Positions 54,687 through 64,000 of a DNA stretch of 64,000 nucleotides are shown here, piece by piece. Every line of letters starts with the position of its first letter. The first letter of the stretch is position 1. Under the pieces are notes generated by a model, which was not told where the DNA came from, made no database searches, and saw nothing but the letters and a program-made list of their open reading frames with translations. A program made the position numbers and the translations under genes. The stretch comes from Nitrosopumilus sp. (GTDB lineage Archaea > Thermoproteota > Nitrososphaeria > Nitrososphaerales > Nitrosopumilaceae): contig OZ244650.1 of NCBI GenBank assembly GCA_965218785.1, positions 704,001 through 768,000 on the forward strand. Direction: 5' to 3'.

Positions 54687-55859
54687 ATGATTCAGGCACA
54701 AAACATGTCATCTGATTCCCAGGACATACGGCGCTCAATTTTGGCAAAATGGCACGAATCACTCTCAAAATACGGAAACCTGTTTTCCTCTGATTCCATA
54801 AGTGGAGCTAGCCCCCCGTCTGTCTTTGTAGGCTCTTACAACTATCCCAAGGTCCTTGTTGGTCCGATGGTCCCACCAATACACGGAGATACCAGCCTTC
54901 TTGATAGTCCGGAGAAATGGAAGGGAAAGTCACTTGAGGAAATTGTAAATTTCAGGCTGCGTCTGGTTCGCGGCATACAAAAAATTCCAATCAAGGAAAC
55001 CACCGGAAGATACATCGAGAATCTTCAGCATCTCACAATGTCATCAAGACCAATCGATTCTGATCTGATATTTGAAAAGCCTCCCTCCTCCATATCCCTT
55101 GATGATCAAAGCGCCCCCTTTGGTCCCATCGCCCATCTAAAATCTGCAAAATTTTCTGGCACTACACCGGTAAAATCCATCGAAAAAACATTCTATGACG
55201 GGGATCTAAAGGCGCAGGATGCCGTCTTGAATCTGTACAACTCTGGAATCGAAATTTCTAAGATTCAAAAATGCTTTAGCATTGGAATGCTCGGAGAGAA
55301 AAGAAGACTTGTTCCAACCCGCTGGAGCATCACTGCCACTGATGATATTATCTCCAAATCCCTTTCAGATGAAATCCTGGATTACAGTCTGATTGATTCA
55401 TGCAGGGTTTTCTCCTATCAACATCTGGGAAACGTCTTCTCTGTTGTTTTATTTCCACACCGATGGATATATGAAATGATTGAAGCCTGGTACTCCAATG
55501 GAATACTTGGATTTGGTTCTGATTCTGAGGATGCACGTGGCATAAGTCATCCTCCTGCAATAGCCGGTGCTTATTTTGCAGCTAAACTAGGTGTTGCCGA
55601 ATACCTGTCAAGACAGAAAATCCAGGCAGGCGTCGTGGTTCTCAGGGAGATAAGGCCTGAATATGCGATTCCCGTGGGTGTGTGGCAGGTACGTGAGGGG
55701 ATTCGTGAGGCCATGAGGCAAAATCCTGTCATGGCTGAAAATTTTGATGATGCCCTGCTAATGGCATCAGCCAAGATGAGCATCAGCAAATCTGAATGGC
55801 TCGCTCATGGAAACATCTCAAAATTAGTGAGGCAGAAAACCATGTCTGATTTTTTTTAA
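54687..55859 (+). CDS. nreA: Nre family DNA repair protein with C-terminal PCNA-interacting motif
   Basis: SPPSVFVG.YNYPKV, LVPTRWSITATD, PVGVWQVRE, terminal QKTMSDFF. Confidence 0.9.
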   Translation: MIQAQNMSSDSQDIRRSILAKWHESLSKYGNLFSSDSISGASPPSVFVGSYNYPKVLVGPMVPPIHGDTSLLDSPEKWKGKSLEEIVNFRLRLVRGIQKIPIKETTGRYIENLQHLTMSSRPIDSDLIFEKPPSSISLDDQSAPFGPIAHLKSAKFSGTTPVKSIEKTFYDGDLKAQDAVLNLYNSGIEISKIQKCFSIGMLGEKRRLVPTRWSITATDDIISKSLSDEILDYSLIDSCRVFSYQHLGNVFSVVLFPHRWIYEMIEAWYSNGILGFGSDSEDARGISHPPAIAGAYFAAKLGVAEYLSRQKIQAGVVVLREIRPEYAIPVGVWQVREGIREAMRQNPVMAENFDDALLMASAKMSISKSEWLAHGNISKLVRQKTMSDFF

Positions 55860-56267
55860 TTGCCCTGCATTACTTTCTTTAACAGTTTGAAGAGTCAAGA
55901 GAGTATTTTGAGGGAACAACAGCATCAAATTTTATCTTGCTTTGTATTATTCCTGCACCCAACAATGACTGGATGGCATGCCTGTCTTTAATTTTTTTAT
56001 CAGCCGCTGGCCGTTTTTTAGGTTATCATCAAGGGTTATCGAAACTAGCCACCCTGCATTGTTTTTAATCCAGTCTGGAATTTCAGCATAAGAATACTTG
56101 ATGATATGCCAGTATTAGTGCGGCTGACCAAAACTCTCATCATCCGGATATCGACTAATATTTAATCGTGTTAATTTATGGTGCCAACTCTGGATATGGT
56201 GTTTTTGCCGATCTACCCCCAAAAGAGAGGGCATAAATTCTGGATTTTAAATAAAAAAAATGAAATT

Positions 56268-57020
56268 ATGAGCGCTGAAACTGAAGACACCTTCTCCAAC
56301 TATGGTGTTTATACCGTTAGTGACAGTCTTGAACTCTCACTTCCCAACACGCTGATCAAAATTCAGCGAATAGGAGAAAACGTCTTTTCATACTTTAGAA
56401 GGGATTCTGAGGGAAGGATTGCTGAAAAAATGATTCCTGTAAAATCCAATGAAATTCAAATTGAGGTGGCGCCAATACGTCCGCTTAATCATCCTGCCAG
56501 GAGAACAGGCCATATCTTTTTAAAATTTGACAAGGATATCCATCTCGGCGAGAATTCAGCTGCTAGTATCTTTGTTCATTGTCCAATTGAGATTGGAGTT
56601 TTCCTAGTTTATGGTGCAAGCCGGGAATCTTTGGACTGGGTTACATGCAGTCCTGTAAATTCCAGATTCGGCCTTTATGGTCCGCCTGACACTGGCACAC
56701 TATGCAAGTATGCCAAGGTGTCACTGGCAACTGATTATGGCGATTCGGTTTCATATGTTCAATGCGTTATGAAAATCATCATTGAAAATACCCTGAAAAC
56801 CGGACAAACGGTAAGTAAGGTAGTCTTTCCAATCACTGATAACTCGCTGTACTATCAAGGCTCAAAAACGATAATTGACGGCATCAAAGTCACTCTCCGG
56901 AAGAGGGCTGCAGTCAACATTGCCGATGTCAAAACCGATCCTGCTGGTACGGATTGGGTCAAATCCCCGACATGGGAAGACACCACTGTTAGCACCACTA
57001 TGGAGATGGGTCTGGAGTAA
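56268..57020 (+). CDS. DUF432 domain protein
   Basis: PIEIGV, GLYGPPDTG.LCKY, VSKVVFP; adjacent to MscS. Confidence 0.8.
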   Translation: MSAETEDTFSNYGVYTVSDSLELSLPNTLIKIQRIGENVFSYFRRDSEGRIAEKMIPVKSNEIQIEVAPIRPLNHPARRTGHIFLKFDKDIHLGENSAASIFVHCPIEIGVFLVYGASRESLDWVTCSPVNSRFGLYGPPDTGTLCKYAKVSLATDYGDSVSYVQCVMKIIIENTLKTGQTVSKVVFPITDNSLYYQGSKTIIDGIKVTLRKRAAVNIADVKTDPAGTDWVKSPTWEDTTVSTTMEMGLE

Positions 57021-57844
57021 TGCCTTTGGAATTCCTTCAGGGTCTATCTGAGATGCAAATTATCGGCGAACTGACCGTTCTTTCACTGTTAATTGGGGGA
57101 ATCATCATGGCAGTCGGAGTCATTATTGCCAAGATTGCCAAACTGCTGTTTCATAAGTATTACGCGCCGACACTGCCAAAAGATACCGCGCAAAATCTCA
57201 GCAAGCTGATCTATTTTGGAATAGTAATACTCTCGTTTCTGGCATTCACATCAAGCCAGGGAATTGATCTATCCGGTCTAATTGTCGCAGGAGGAATTTT
57301 TGCAGTGGTGATTGGATTTGCGACACAGTCCGTCGTGTCCAACCTGATTTCGGGAATCTTCCTCATCGTTGAAAAGCCTGCAAAACATGGGGATACAATT
57401 CATCTGCCTGACATGGGAATCTATGGTACCCTGCTAGATATTGGAACCTTTTCTAGCATGGTTAGAAAATTTGATGGGACCATAATCCGAATTCCAAACG
57501 AAAAGTTCTTCACATCAAACATACGATCCCTTGCCGTCTCGACTGTCAGACGTGCTGATGCCACAGTCGGAATTTCCTACAAAACCAACATTGATCATGC
57601 GGTATCTGCAATAAAAAAGGAGATTGAGATCGCCATGCCTTTTGTACTCTGTATTCCTGAACCTGAATTTAGAGTAAACGAGCTTGGCGACTCTAGTGTA
57701 AATATCCAGATACTGGTATGGTATCCCAGGGATGACTGGAGCCTGGTTCAGCCGGTTTTGCTTACCACGATAAAGCGCGCACTGGATAATGCAGGCATTG
57801 AAATTCCATTTCCACAACGCGTTATCTGGGGTGCAAAGGACTAG
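57020..57844 (+). CDS. mscS: Small-conductance mechanosensitive channel
   Basis: IGFATQ..VSNLISGI, IRIPNE, LGDSSVN, AGIEIPFPQR. Confidence 0.93.
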   Translation: MPLEFLQGLSEMQIIGELTVLSLLIGGIIMAVGVIIAKIAKLLFHKYYAPTLPKDTAQNLSKLIYFGIVILSFLAFTSSQGIDLSGLIVAGGIFAVVIGFATQSVVSNLISGIFLIVEKPAKHGDTIHLPDMGIYGTLLDIGTFSSMVRKFDGTIIRIPNEKFFTSNIRSLAVSTVRRADATVGISYKTNIDHAVSAIKKEIEIAMPFVLCIPEPEFRVNELGDSSVNIQILVWYPRDDWSLVQPVLLTTIKRALDNAGIEIPFPQRVIWGAKD

Positions 57845-57847
57845 TTG

Positions 57848-58126
57848 TTACTGTGTTGAGACCTGCCTGCTGCTTTTTTGTCTTTTTCTGATCAGACTAA
57901 ACATTATCATTCCGACATTGATGATTGAAACGATTTCAATCAGGTCCACCCCGTACAGGAACCAATCGATAACCGGATGAACCCTGGATATGATTCCTGC
58001 CTCCAGCATGATATCTGCATTCCAAACCATGTGTGGGATCTGAATGAACTGTATTACTGCAATGATAACTATGCTTCCCAGGATCTTATTCTCGTACCAC
58101 TTCCAGAACTTGTTCCATGGATTCAT
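57848..58126 (-). CDS. Small hypothetical membrane protein
   Basis: 92 aa, two hydrophobic segments. Confidence 0.7.
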   Translation of the reverse strand: MNPWNKFWKWYENKILGSIVIIAVIQFIQIPHMVWNADIMLEAGIISRVHPVIDWFLYGVDLIEIVSIINVGMIMFSLIRKRQKSSRQVSTQ

Positions 58127-58557
58127 GATGTTCCTTGATGCTCAATTCTATTAAACACTGTGAAAATTAGATTCGACTAATTAAGACGGACTAATTTTTT
58201 TACGCATAAATTCTTCATTTAAAATATGCAACTTTTCCGTCTTTTTTTCTAATGATGATATACCTCCTAGATGAGTTTCCACATCTGAAATGATCTGATC
58301 AAACTTACTTTAGAATTTTTGCAGAGACGGCCCTTGATTTTGCAGGTGACTGATTTTGTGTGACCGTTCTGGTGACCTGTCATCAAACTATCTTCTGCAA
58401 CACCTGCATCAATGTTGAAATTGCACTCGTGTGACTGTCTTTAATTTCTGATATTTAACAGATGGAACATGTTCCTAGTGCCAATGCCTCACTAGCAAAA
58501 AAATGACTTGCCAGTCATGGCGCAACAATTCCTAGAACCACTGCCATATCTGCTTTT

Positions 58558-59946
58558 TTAACTTTCGGCCTTGATGTGTTCTTTTTTCATCCAGATCGTC
58601 CTATCTTTATGATCAATTAATTCGACATTCATCTCGTTTAGCCTGTCACGAATCTCATCTGCGTCTGCAAACTGCCTTTTCTTTCTTAGTTCCTCCCTGC
58701 CTTGAATCATCTCGTCTATCTTGTGCTTTTCATCTTTAGTCATTTCTGGAATGCTCAATCCCAAGACATTCATCATCCTCTCAAATTCTATCTTGATAAT
58801 TCGTGCATCCACACCTCCGAGTATTCCCTCTGCTGCCAGTCTGTTTGATTCCCTGACAAGCTGGAAGAACGCCGATAATGCAAGATGCGTGTTAAAATTG
58901 CCTTCTAGCGCGTCATCAAATCCGGTTTTTGCATTTTTGATAATTCTGTCTGATTCCCCCCGGTTTTCATTATCTGCGTGTAATAATTCGTAATAGCACG
59001 TTTCAACCTGCCTCCACTTTGTGAGATTTTCCTTCAAGAGTTCCTCTGAATAGTCAATCGGTTTTGAATAGTGTCCTGACAGACAAAACAGCCTGATGAT
59101 GTTGGGTCCCCAGTCTTCTAATACGCGTCTGATTGATTTTATATTTCCAAGGGATTTTGACATCTTTTCGCCGTTAATTGTTACCATTCCTACATGCATC
59201 CAAATCTTTGCAAACTGTGAGCCTGTATAACATTCGGACTGTGCAATCTCGTTTTCATGGTGGGGAAAGATCAAATCCCGCCCGCCCCCGTGAATATCAA
59301 AATTTTCTCCAAGATACTTTATGCTCATCGCCGAGCATTCCACATGCCATCCGGGCCTGCCTTTACCCCACGGGCTGCTCCATACGGGTTCCACATCTGA
59401 GAACTTCCACAATGCAAAATCCAACGGATTGTTTTTTGACTCGTCTATCTCAATTCTGGCCCCTGACTGGAGATCGTCTGTCTTTTTTTTTGATAGTTTT
59501 CCGTATTCGGAGAACTTTGAGACTGAAAAATAAACCCCGTTCTTTGAGGCGTATGCGTACTCTTTCTCAACTAGCCCTTTGATGAACTCGATGATATCCT
59601 CTATGTGCTCTGTGGCCTTTGGATAACCTGTTGCACGTTTTACATTTAATTCATCAAAATCCTCAAAGTAATTCTTGATGTACCTCTCACTGACTGCCTT
59701 TGCAGGTACGTTCTCTGTCTTTGCACGGCTGATTATTTTATCATCCACGTCTGTAAAGTTTTGAACAAACTCGATCTCTGCCCCCTTTGATTCGATGTAT
59801 CTTCTTAGCACGTCAAAGACTATGATGGTTCTGGCATGACCGACATGTGATTCATCATAAACTGTCACCCCGCACAGGTAGATTCTGATCTTTTTTGAAA
59901 CATCCAGCCTCTGCTCGGAATTTGTCAGCGTATCTTGAAGATTCAT
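58558..59946 (-). CDS. cysS: Cysteine--tRNA ligase
   Basis: CGVTVY..HVGH, PGWHVEC, DIHGGG.DL.FPHHENE, KMSKS. Confidence 0.98.
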   Translation of the reverse strand: MNLQDTLTNSEQRLDVSKKIRIYLCGVTVYDESHVGHARTIIVFDVLRRYIESKGAEIEFVQNFTDVDDKIISRAKTENVPAKAVSERYIKNYFEDFDELNVKRATGYPKATEHIEDIIEFIKGLVEKEYAYASKNGVYFSVSKFSEYGKLSKKKTDDLQSGARIEIDESKNNPLDFALWKFSDVEPVWSSPWGKGRPGWHVECSAMSIKYLGENFDIHGGGRDLIFPHHENEIAQSECYTGSQFAKIWMHVGMVTINGEKMSKSLGNIKSIRRVLEDWGPNIIRLFCLSGHYSKPIDYSEELLKENLTKWRQVETCYYELLHADNENRGESDRIIKNAKTGFDDALEGNFNTHLALSAFFQLVRESNRLAAEGILGGVDARIIKIEFERMMNVLGLSIPEMTKDEKHKIDEMIQGREELRKKRQFADADEIRDRLNEMNVELIDHKDRTIWMKKEHIKAES

Positions 59947-60740
59947 CTCTGCTTCCTGTCTGGTTTTTGTTCTGGCAGTCTTTTATGTTCGCTGTTTTTG
60001 TTTAATTCAACAATCTTCTCCACAACCTTCTTTTCAATCTGGCTTATCTCTGCTGTCTTGTCAACTGATAATTTTTTCTCAAACAGGCAGTACAGGATGG
60101 AGTCTATCTCCTCATAAGACATACCCAGCTCGCCTTCTGCCTCGTGGTCTTTCCATAAATGGGGGCTGCTCTTTTTTGAAATGATTTCCTCTGATATTCC
60201 AAGATGTCTTGCAATCTCCCTTACCTGCAACTTGTATAGCGAGATAATCGGGGTAAGATCCGATGCGCCGTCTCCAAACTTTGTAAAATATCCTATCAGG
60301 TGTTCACTCCTGTCACTGGAACCCAAGACCAGGTAATTTTTGATGTTTGCATAATAATACAGGATGTTGGTTCTGATTCTTGCGCGAAGGTTTCCTCTGG
60401 CCTTCTCACTGGGTTCGAGATACATGGAATACTCGTTTACAATCGGCTTGATATCAATCAACTTGTATTTTATTCCTGTCAGTGCAATCACCCGAAGTGC
60501 GTCCTGTGTCTCTATCTCCGGCGTAACTGACGTATCTGGCATGATTAGTGCCGTGGTATCTTCTTTTAGTTTTGATTTGCACAGGTATGCCAGGACTGCC
60601 GAATCAATCCCCCCGCTCAGCCCCAGGATGACCCCCTGAGATTGATTCTTTGTTATCTGCTCTAGGATGAACTCCTGGATTGTTTCTGTGATCTCCGAAT
60701 AATCCTGATTCTTGATCTCATTTATGATGTCCTGATTCAA
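59943..60740 (-). CDS. nadE: NH3-dependent NAD+ synthetase
   Basis: GLSGGIDSA, GNLRARIR, GYFTKFGDG. Confidence 0.97.
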   Translation of the reverse strand: MNQDIINEIKNQDYSEITETIQEFILEQITKNQSQGVILGLSGGIDSAVLAYLCKSKLKEDTTALIMPDTSVTPEIETQDALRVIALTGIKYKLIDIKPIVNEYSMYLEPSEKARGNLRARIRTNILYYYANIKNYLVLGSSDRSEHLIGYFTKFGDGASDLTPIISLYKLQVREIARHLGISEEIISKKSSPHLWKDHEAEGELGMSYEEIDSILYCLFEKKLSVDKTAEISQIEKKVVEKIVELNKNSEHKRLPEQKPDRKQR

Positions 60741-61190
60741 TAATTGTTTTTCATACTGCGGGAATAAAACTTATGCCTGATATAGTAAAGACGGCGTTCC
60801 TATCAAATACTAGGTAAGTGCTTGGGTGTCTTGACTTGTAAGTTGATGTGTCTTGCGAAATTATCCCAAAAACATCTGATCGCAAAATCATAACTTGGAA
60901 GAATTCGTCTGGAAGAAGAGAGCTACTCAGCAAGATGCTGCTGCATCGGACCCGTTAGATGTGAAAGAGCTATGAGATGACGGTGGTTCTGGTGCAAAAC
61001 AGTGATTATATAATCAGATACGCCAGTCTTTAATTTTTCAATCCGGCAAAGATCATATTTGGGGTAACATTTCACAAAACATCCGGGGCTTTACAATAGT
61101 CAAAACACCTGCCAACTTGTCAGAGCAGGCATTCTAATCTGGGAATACTGACATGGAGTGCTGATTGTTAAATTTATCATCTGTTTTTTC

Positions 61191-61493
61191 TCAAATGTCT
61201 ACATAAATGCCATCGTCTCTTGCTTCAACCAGATACGTTTCTATTTTGACGTCTTTGAGATAGTCCTTCAACTCCCCTGTTTTGATGTTATAGTGCCAAA
61301 AATGTAATGGACATTCGACAATGCCCCCCTCGAGCTTTCCTGAGGCAATTGAGCCGTCCTGATGAACGCAAAGATCATCTAATGCATGATATCCGTCCTG
61401 ATTGAACACAGCTATCTGCTTTCCGTCAATCTTGAAGGCCTTGCCTTTTCCCTCAGAGACCTCCCCCTTTTCAGCAATTTTCTTCCAGGTCAA
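61191..61493 (-). CDS. Rieske [2Fe-2S] ferredoxin
   Basis: CVH...CPLH ligands. Confidence 0.92.
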   Translation of the reverse strand: MTWKKIAEKGEVSEGKGKAFKIDGKQIAVFNQDGYHALDDLCVHQDGSIASGKLEGGIVECPLHFWHYNIKTGELKDYLKDVKIETYLVEARDDGIYVDI

Positions 61494-61568
61494 TAATTTA
61501 GCGATACTTTTGTCATTTATTTACATTCGCATGATAGGATTTTATAGTCTTATTCGTGGATTTGTTCA

Positions 61569-62810
61569 TTGAGCAAGGTAAAGACCAGTAAAAAATTGAT
61601 CAGTGACGGCAAACTCTCCTATCAATGGGCCAGATCCCACATGCAGATTCTAGATAATACCATTAATCGTTTTAAAAAATCAAAACCGCTAAAGGGCATA
61701 ACTCTTGGATTCTGCCTGCATATTACAAAAGAGACCTCCGTTTTGCTTATCGGTGCCAAGGAGCTTGGCGCAACTGTTGCATGCTGTGGTGGCAATCCTT
61801 TGACGACCCAGGATGACATTGCCGCATTTCTGGTCTCTCAGGGAATTCATGTGTACTCGTGGCATGGACAGTCTGTCAAGGAATATGACTGGTGCATTGA
61901 CCAGGTTTTGAAGCACAAACCTACAATTCTAACTGATGATGGTGCAGACATGAACATCAAGGCTCATTTTGACAAGAGATTCAAGAACATGAAAATTCTT
62001 GGGGCAACTGAGGAGACTACTGCCGGTGTTACTAGAATCCGGGCAGTCGAAAACCGGGGAATGCTCCGTTATCCGGTCATTTTGGTAAACGAGGCATATA
62101 CAAAACACATGTTTGATAACCGGTATGGCACCGGACAGAGTACAATTGATGGCTATCTTCGAGCCATGAATCTGCTTATGGCGTCAAAACGCGTGGTTAT
62201 AGTCGGGTATGGCTGGGTTGGCCGTGGTGTTGCAGCACGGTGTAATGGAATGGGCTCAAAGGTAATAGTTACAGAGATAGATCCGATAAAGGCACTAGAA
62301 GCCCACATGGACGGTTTTGAAGTAATGCCAATGTCGCAGGCCTGCAAAACAGGTGATATCTTCATCACGTGTACCGGAATGACTAGCGTGATTAGAAAAG
62401 AACACATCCTGCAAATGAAGGACGGTGCAATCATGGGAAACGTCGGTCATTTTGATGTTGAAATAGATAGTAACTTTCTGCTCAAGAAATCAAAGTCCGT
62501 CAAAACAGTAAGACCGAATCTTGATGAATGCGTCCTGAAAAACGGAAGAAAGGTATACCTGATTGGACAGGGCAGACTGGCAAACCTGGTTGCAGCAGAA
62601 GGGCATCCTCCCGAAGTCATGGCACAGTCATTCTCAAATCAAATCCTGTCCGTGTTATACATTCTCAAAAACCACAAAAAAATGGAAGATAAAATCATTA
62701 ATGTTCCCAAAGAAATCGACAGACAAGTCGCAGTCGATGCGCTAAGGGCAATGGATGTTAAAATCGACAGACTCACTCCAGAACAGGTAAAATACGCCGA
62801 CAGCTGGTAG
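61569..62810 (+). CDS. ahcY: S-adenosylhomocysteine hydrolase
   Basis: LHITKET, DDGAD, EETTAG, FDNRYGTGQS, GHFDVEI, GRLANL. Confidence 0.98.
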   Translation: MSKVKTSKKLISDGKLSYQWARSHMQILDNTINRFKKSKPLKGITLGFCLHITKETSVLLIGAKELGATVACCGGNPLTTQDDIAAFLVSQGIHVYSWHGQSVKEYDWCIDQVLKHKPTILTDDGADMNIKAHFDKRFKNMKILGATEETTAGVTRIRAVENRGMLRYPVILVNEAYTKHMFDNRYGTGQSTIDGYLRAMNLLMASKRVVIVGYGWVGRGVAARCNGMGSKVIVTEIDPIKALEAHMDGFEVMPMSQACKTGDIFITCTGMTSVIRKEHILQMKDGAIMGNVGHFDVEIDSNFLLKKSKSVKTVRPNLDECVLKNGRKVYLIGQGRLANLVAAEGHPPEVMAQSFSNQILSVLYILKNHKKMEDKIINVPKEIDRQVAVDALRAMDVKIDRLTPEQVKYADSW

Positions 62811-62975
62811 ACTCTCTGCAAATCATACATGCCAGAACTTCATAACTGCTGTCTTGATTTCCCATCTGATGATTTAGAATCATGATGTTGATAACTGATT
62901 CCATCTGTTTTTTATCCTGATTCCTGCCCCAGTCTAAAACTTCTTAACCCCAGCGTTGTTGCTGGCTATTATCTG

Positions 62976-64000
62976 ATGAACAAAAAAGCCATCATTACCA
63001 GTGCGTTGCCTTATGCAAATGGGGAAATTCATTTGGGACACGTCGCATCCACGTACCTGCCAGCAGACATCACCACTAGATTCCTAAAGCTAAACGGTGT
63101 GGAGGCATACTATGTCTGCGCATCAGATGATTTTGGAACCCCGATATTAATTCAATCAGAAAAAGAGGGAAAGACACCTGCTGACTATGTTGCCCATTGG
63201 AACAAGCGTGATCTGGAGGATTTTACCGCGTTTAACATCGGATTTGATTATTTCTACAAGACAAGCTCTGCTGAGAACGTTGCATTTGTCCAAGATGTCT
63301 TCAAAAAACTAAACGATGCGGGCCACATCTACGAACAGGAGATCATTCAGTTTTACTGTAATAATGATAAAAAATTCCTGCCTGACAGATATGTCCGGGG
63401 CGCATGTCCATACTGTCATGCCGAAGATCAATACTCTGATCTCTGTGAAGGCTGCGGCCGTGTTCCAGATGAAATTATCAATCCACAATGCTCGCTTTGC
63501 GGTCAGCCTCCGACAAAAGAAAAGACAAATCATTATTTTTTCAAACTGAAAAATTTTAGCGATTCATTATCCAAGTGGCTTGATGAAAACGAACATCTTC
63601 AAAAGGATGTAAAAAAATATGTCCAGAATTGGATAAAATCCGGCCTGATTGATTGGGATATAACGCGTGATATCTCTTGGGGCGTGCCGATACCGCTAGA
63701 CGGTGCGGGAGACAAGGTGTTTTATGGATGGTTTGATAATCATCTGGCATACATTTCAACTGCGATAAAATTCCTCAATGATAAGGGAATCAACGGCAAG
63801 GACTTTTGGAATTCTGCTGACATTTATCACTTTATTGGAAAGGACATCGTGTATCATCACTATCTCTTTTTGCCTGCAATGAGGCTGGGAATCGGCAGTG
63901 AATACAAGCTGCCTGATTACATTCCGACTCGGGGCCATCTCACTTTACAGTCAAAAAAGATCTCCAAAAGCAGAAACTGGTATGTCGGCCTCAAAGAGTT
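62976..64000 (+). CDS. metG: Methionine--tRNA ligase (runs off window end; not in ORF track)
   Basis: Manual translation MNKKAIITSALPYANGEIHLGH...WDITRDISWGVP...HFIGKDIVYHH...KISKSRNW. Confidence 0.97.
   Translation, partial: MNKKAIITSALPYANGEIHLGHVASTYLPADITTRFLKLNGVEAYYVCASDDFGTPILIQSEKEGKTPADYVAHWNKRDLEDFTAFNIGFDYFYKTSSAENVAFVQDVFKKLNDAGHIYEQEIIQFYCNNDKKFLPDRYVRGACPYCHAEDQYSDLCEGCGRVPDEIINPQCSLCGQPPTKEKTNHYFFKLKNFSDSLSKWLDENEHLQKDVKKYVQNWIKSGLIDWDITRDISWGVPIPLDGAGDKVFYGWFDNHLAYISTAIKFLNDKGINGKDFWNSADIYHFIGKDIVYHHYLFLPAMRLGIGSEYKLPDYIPTRGHLTLQSKKISKSRNWYVGLKE

Overview
Chromosomal segment of an ammonia-oxidising archaeon (Nitrosopumilaceae-like Thaumarchaeota), judged from the 16S-23S operon (no ITS tRNA, no linked 5S), EF-1alpha/S10/Rpo12, FBP aldolase/phosphatase, DnaJ-ferredoxin and DUF6659-type genes. 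The core backbone carries lig, endA, hbd, hemL, tfb, birA, ychF, nreA, cysS, nadE, ahcY and a partial metG. Three accessory or eroded patches interrupt it (about 12.6-15.1 kb, 20.1-21.2 kb, 32.2-38.1 kb), with IS481/IS630/IS66 remnants, orphan or decayed toxin-antitoxin parts and exported proteins. Most notable: (i) a polyhydroxyalkanoate locus (phaE-phaC converging on alpha/beta-hydrolase, AbrB-type PhaR-like and phasin-like genes); (ii) a tandem-SDR enzyme resembling Chloroflexus malonyl-CoA reductase with an altered catalytic motif; (iii) a PepSY-like/PaREP1 gene pair inside a segment bounded by a perfect 37-bp direct repeat; (iv) an array of palindromic units right after the 23S gene; (v) a surface metalloprotease with six 45-aa repeats. 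All family calls come from recalled motifs; no database search was run.
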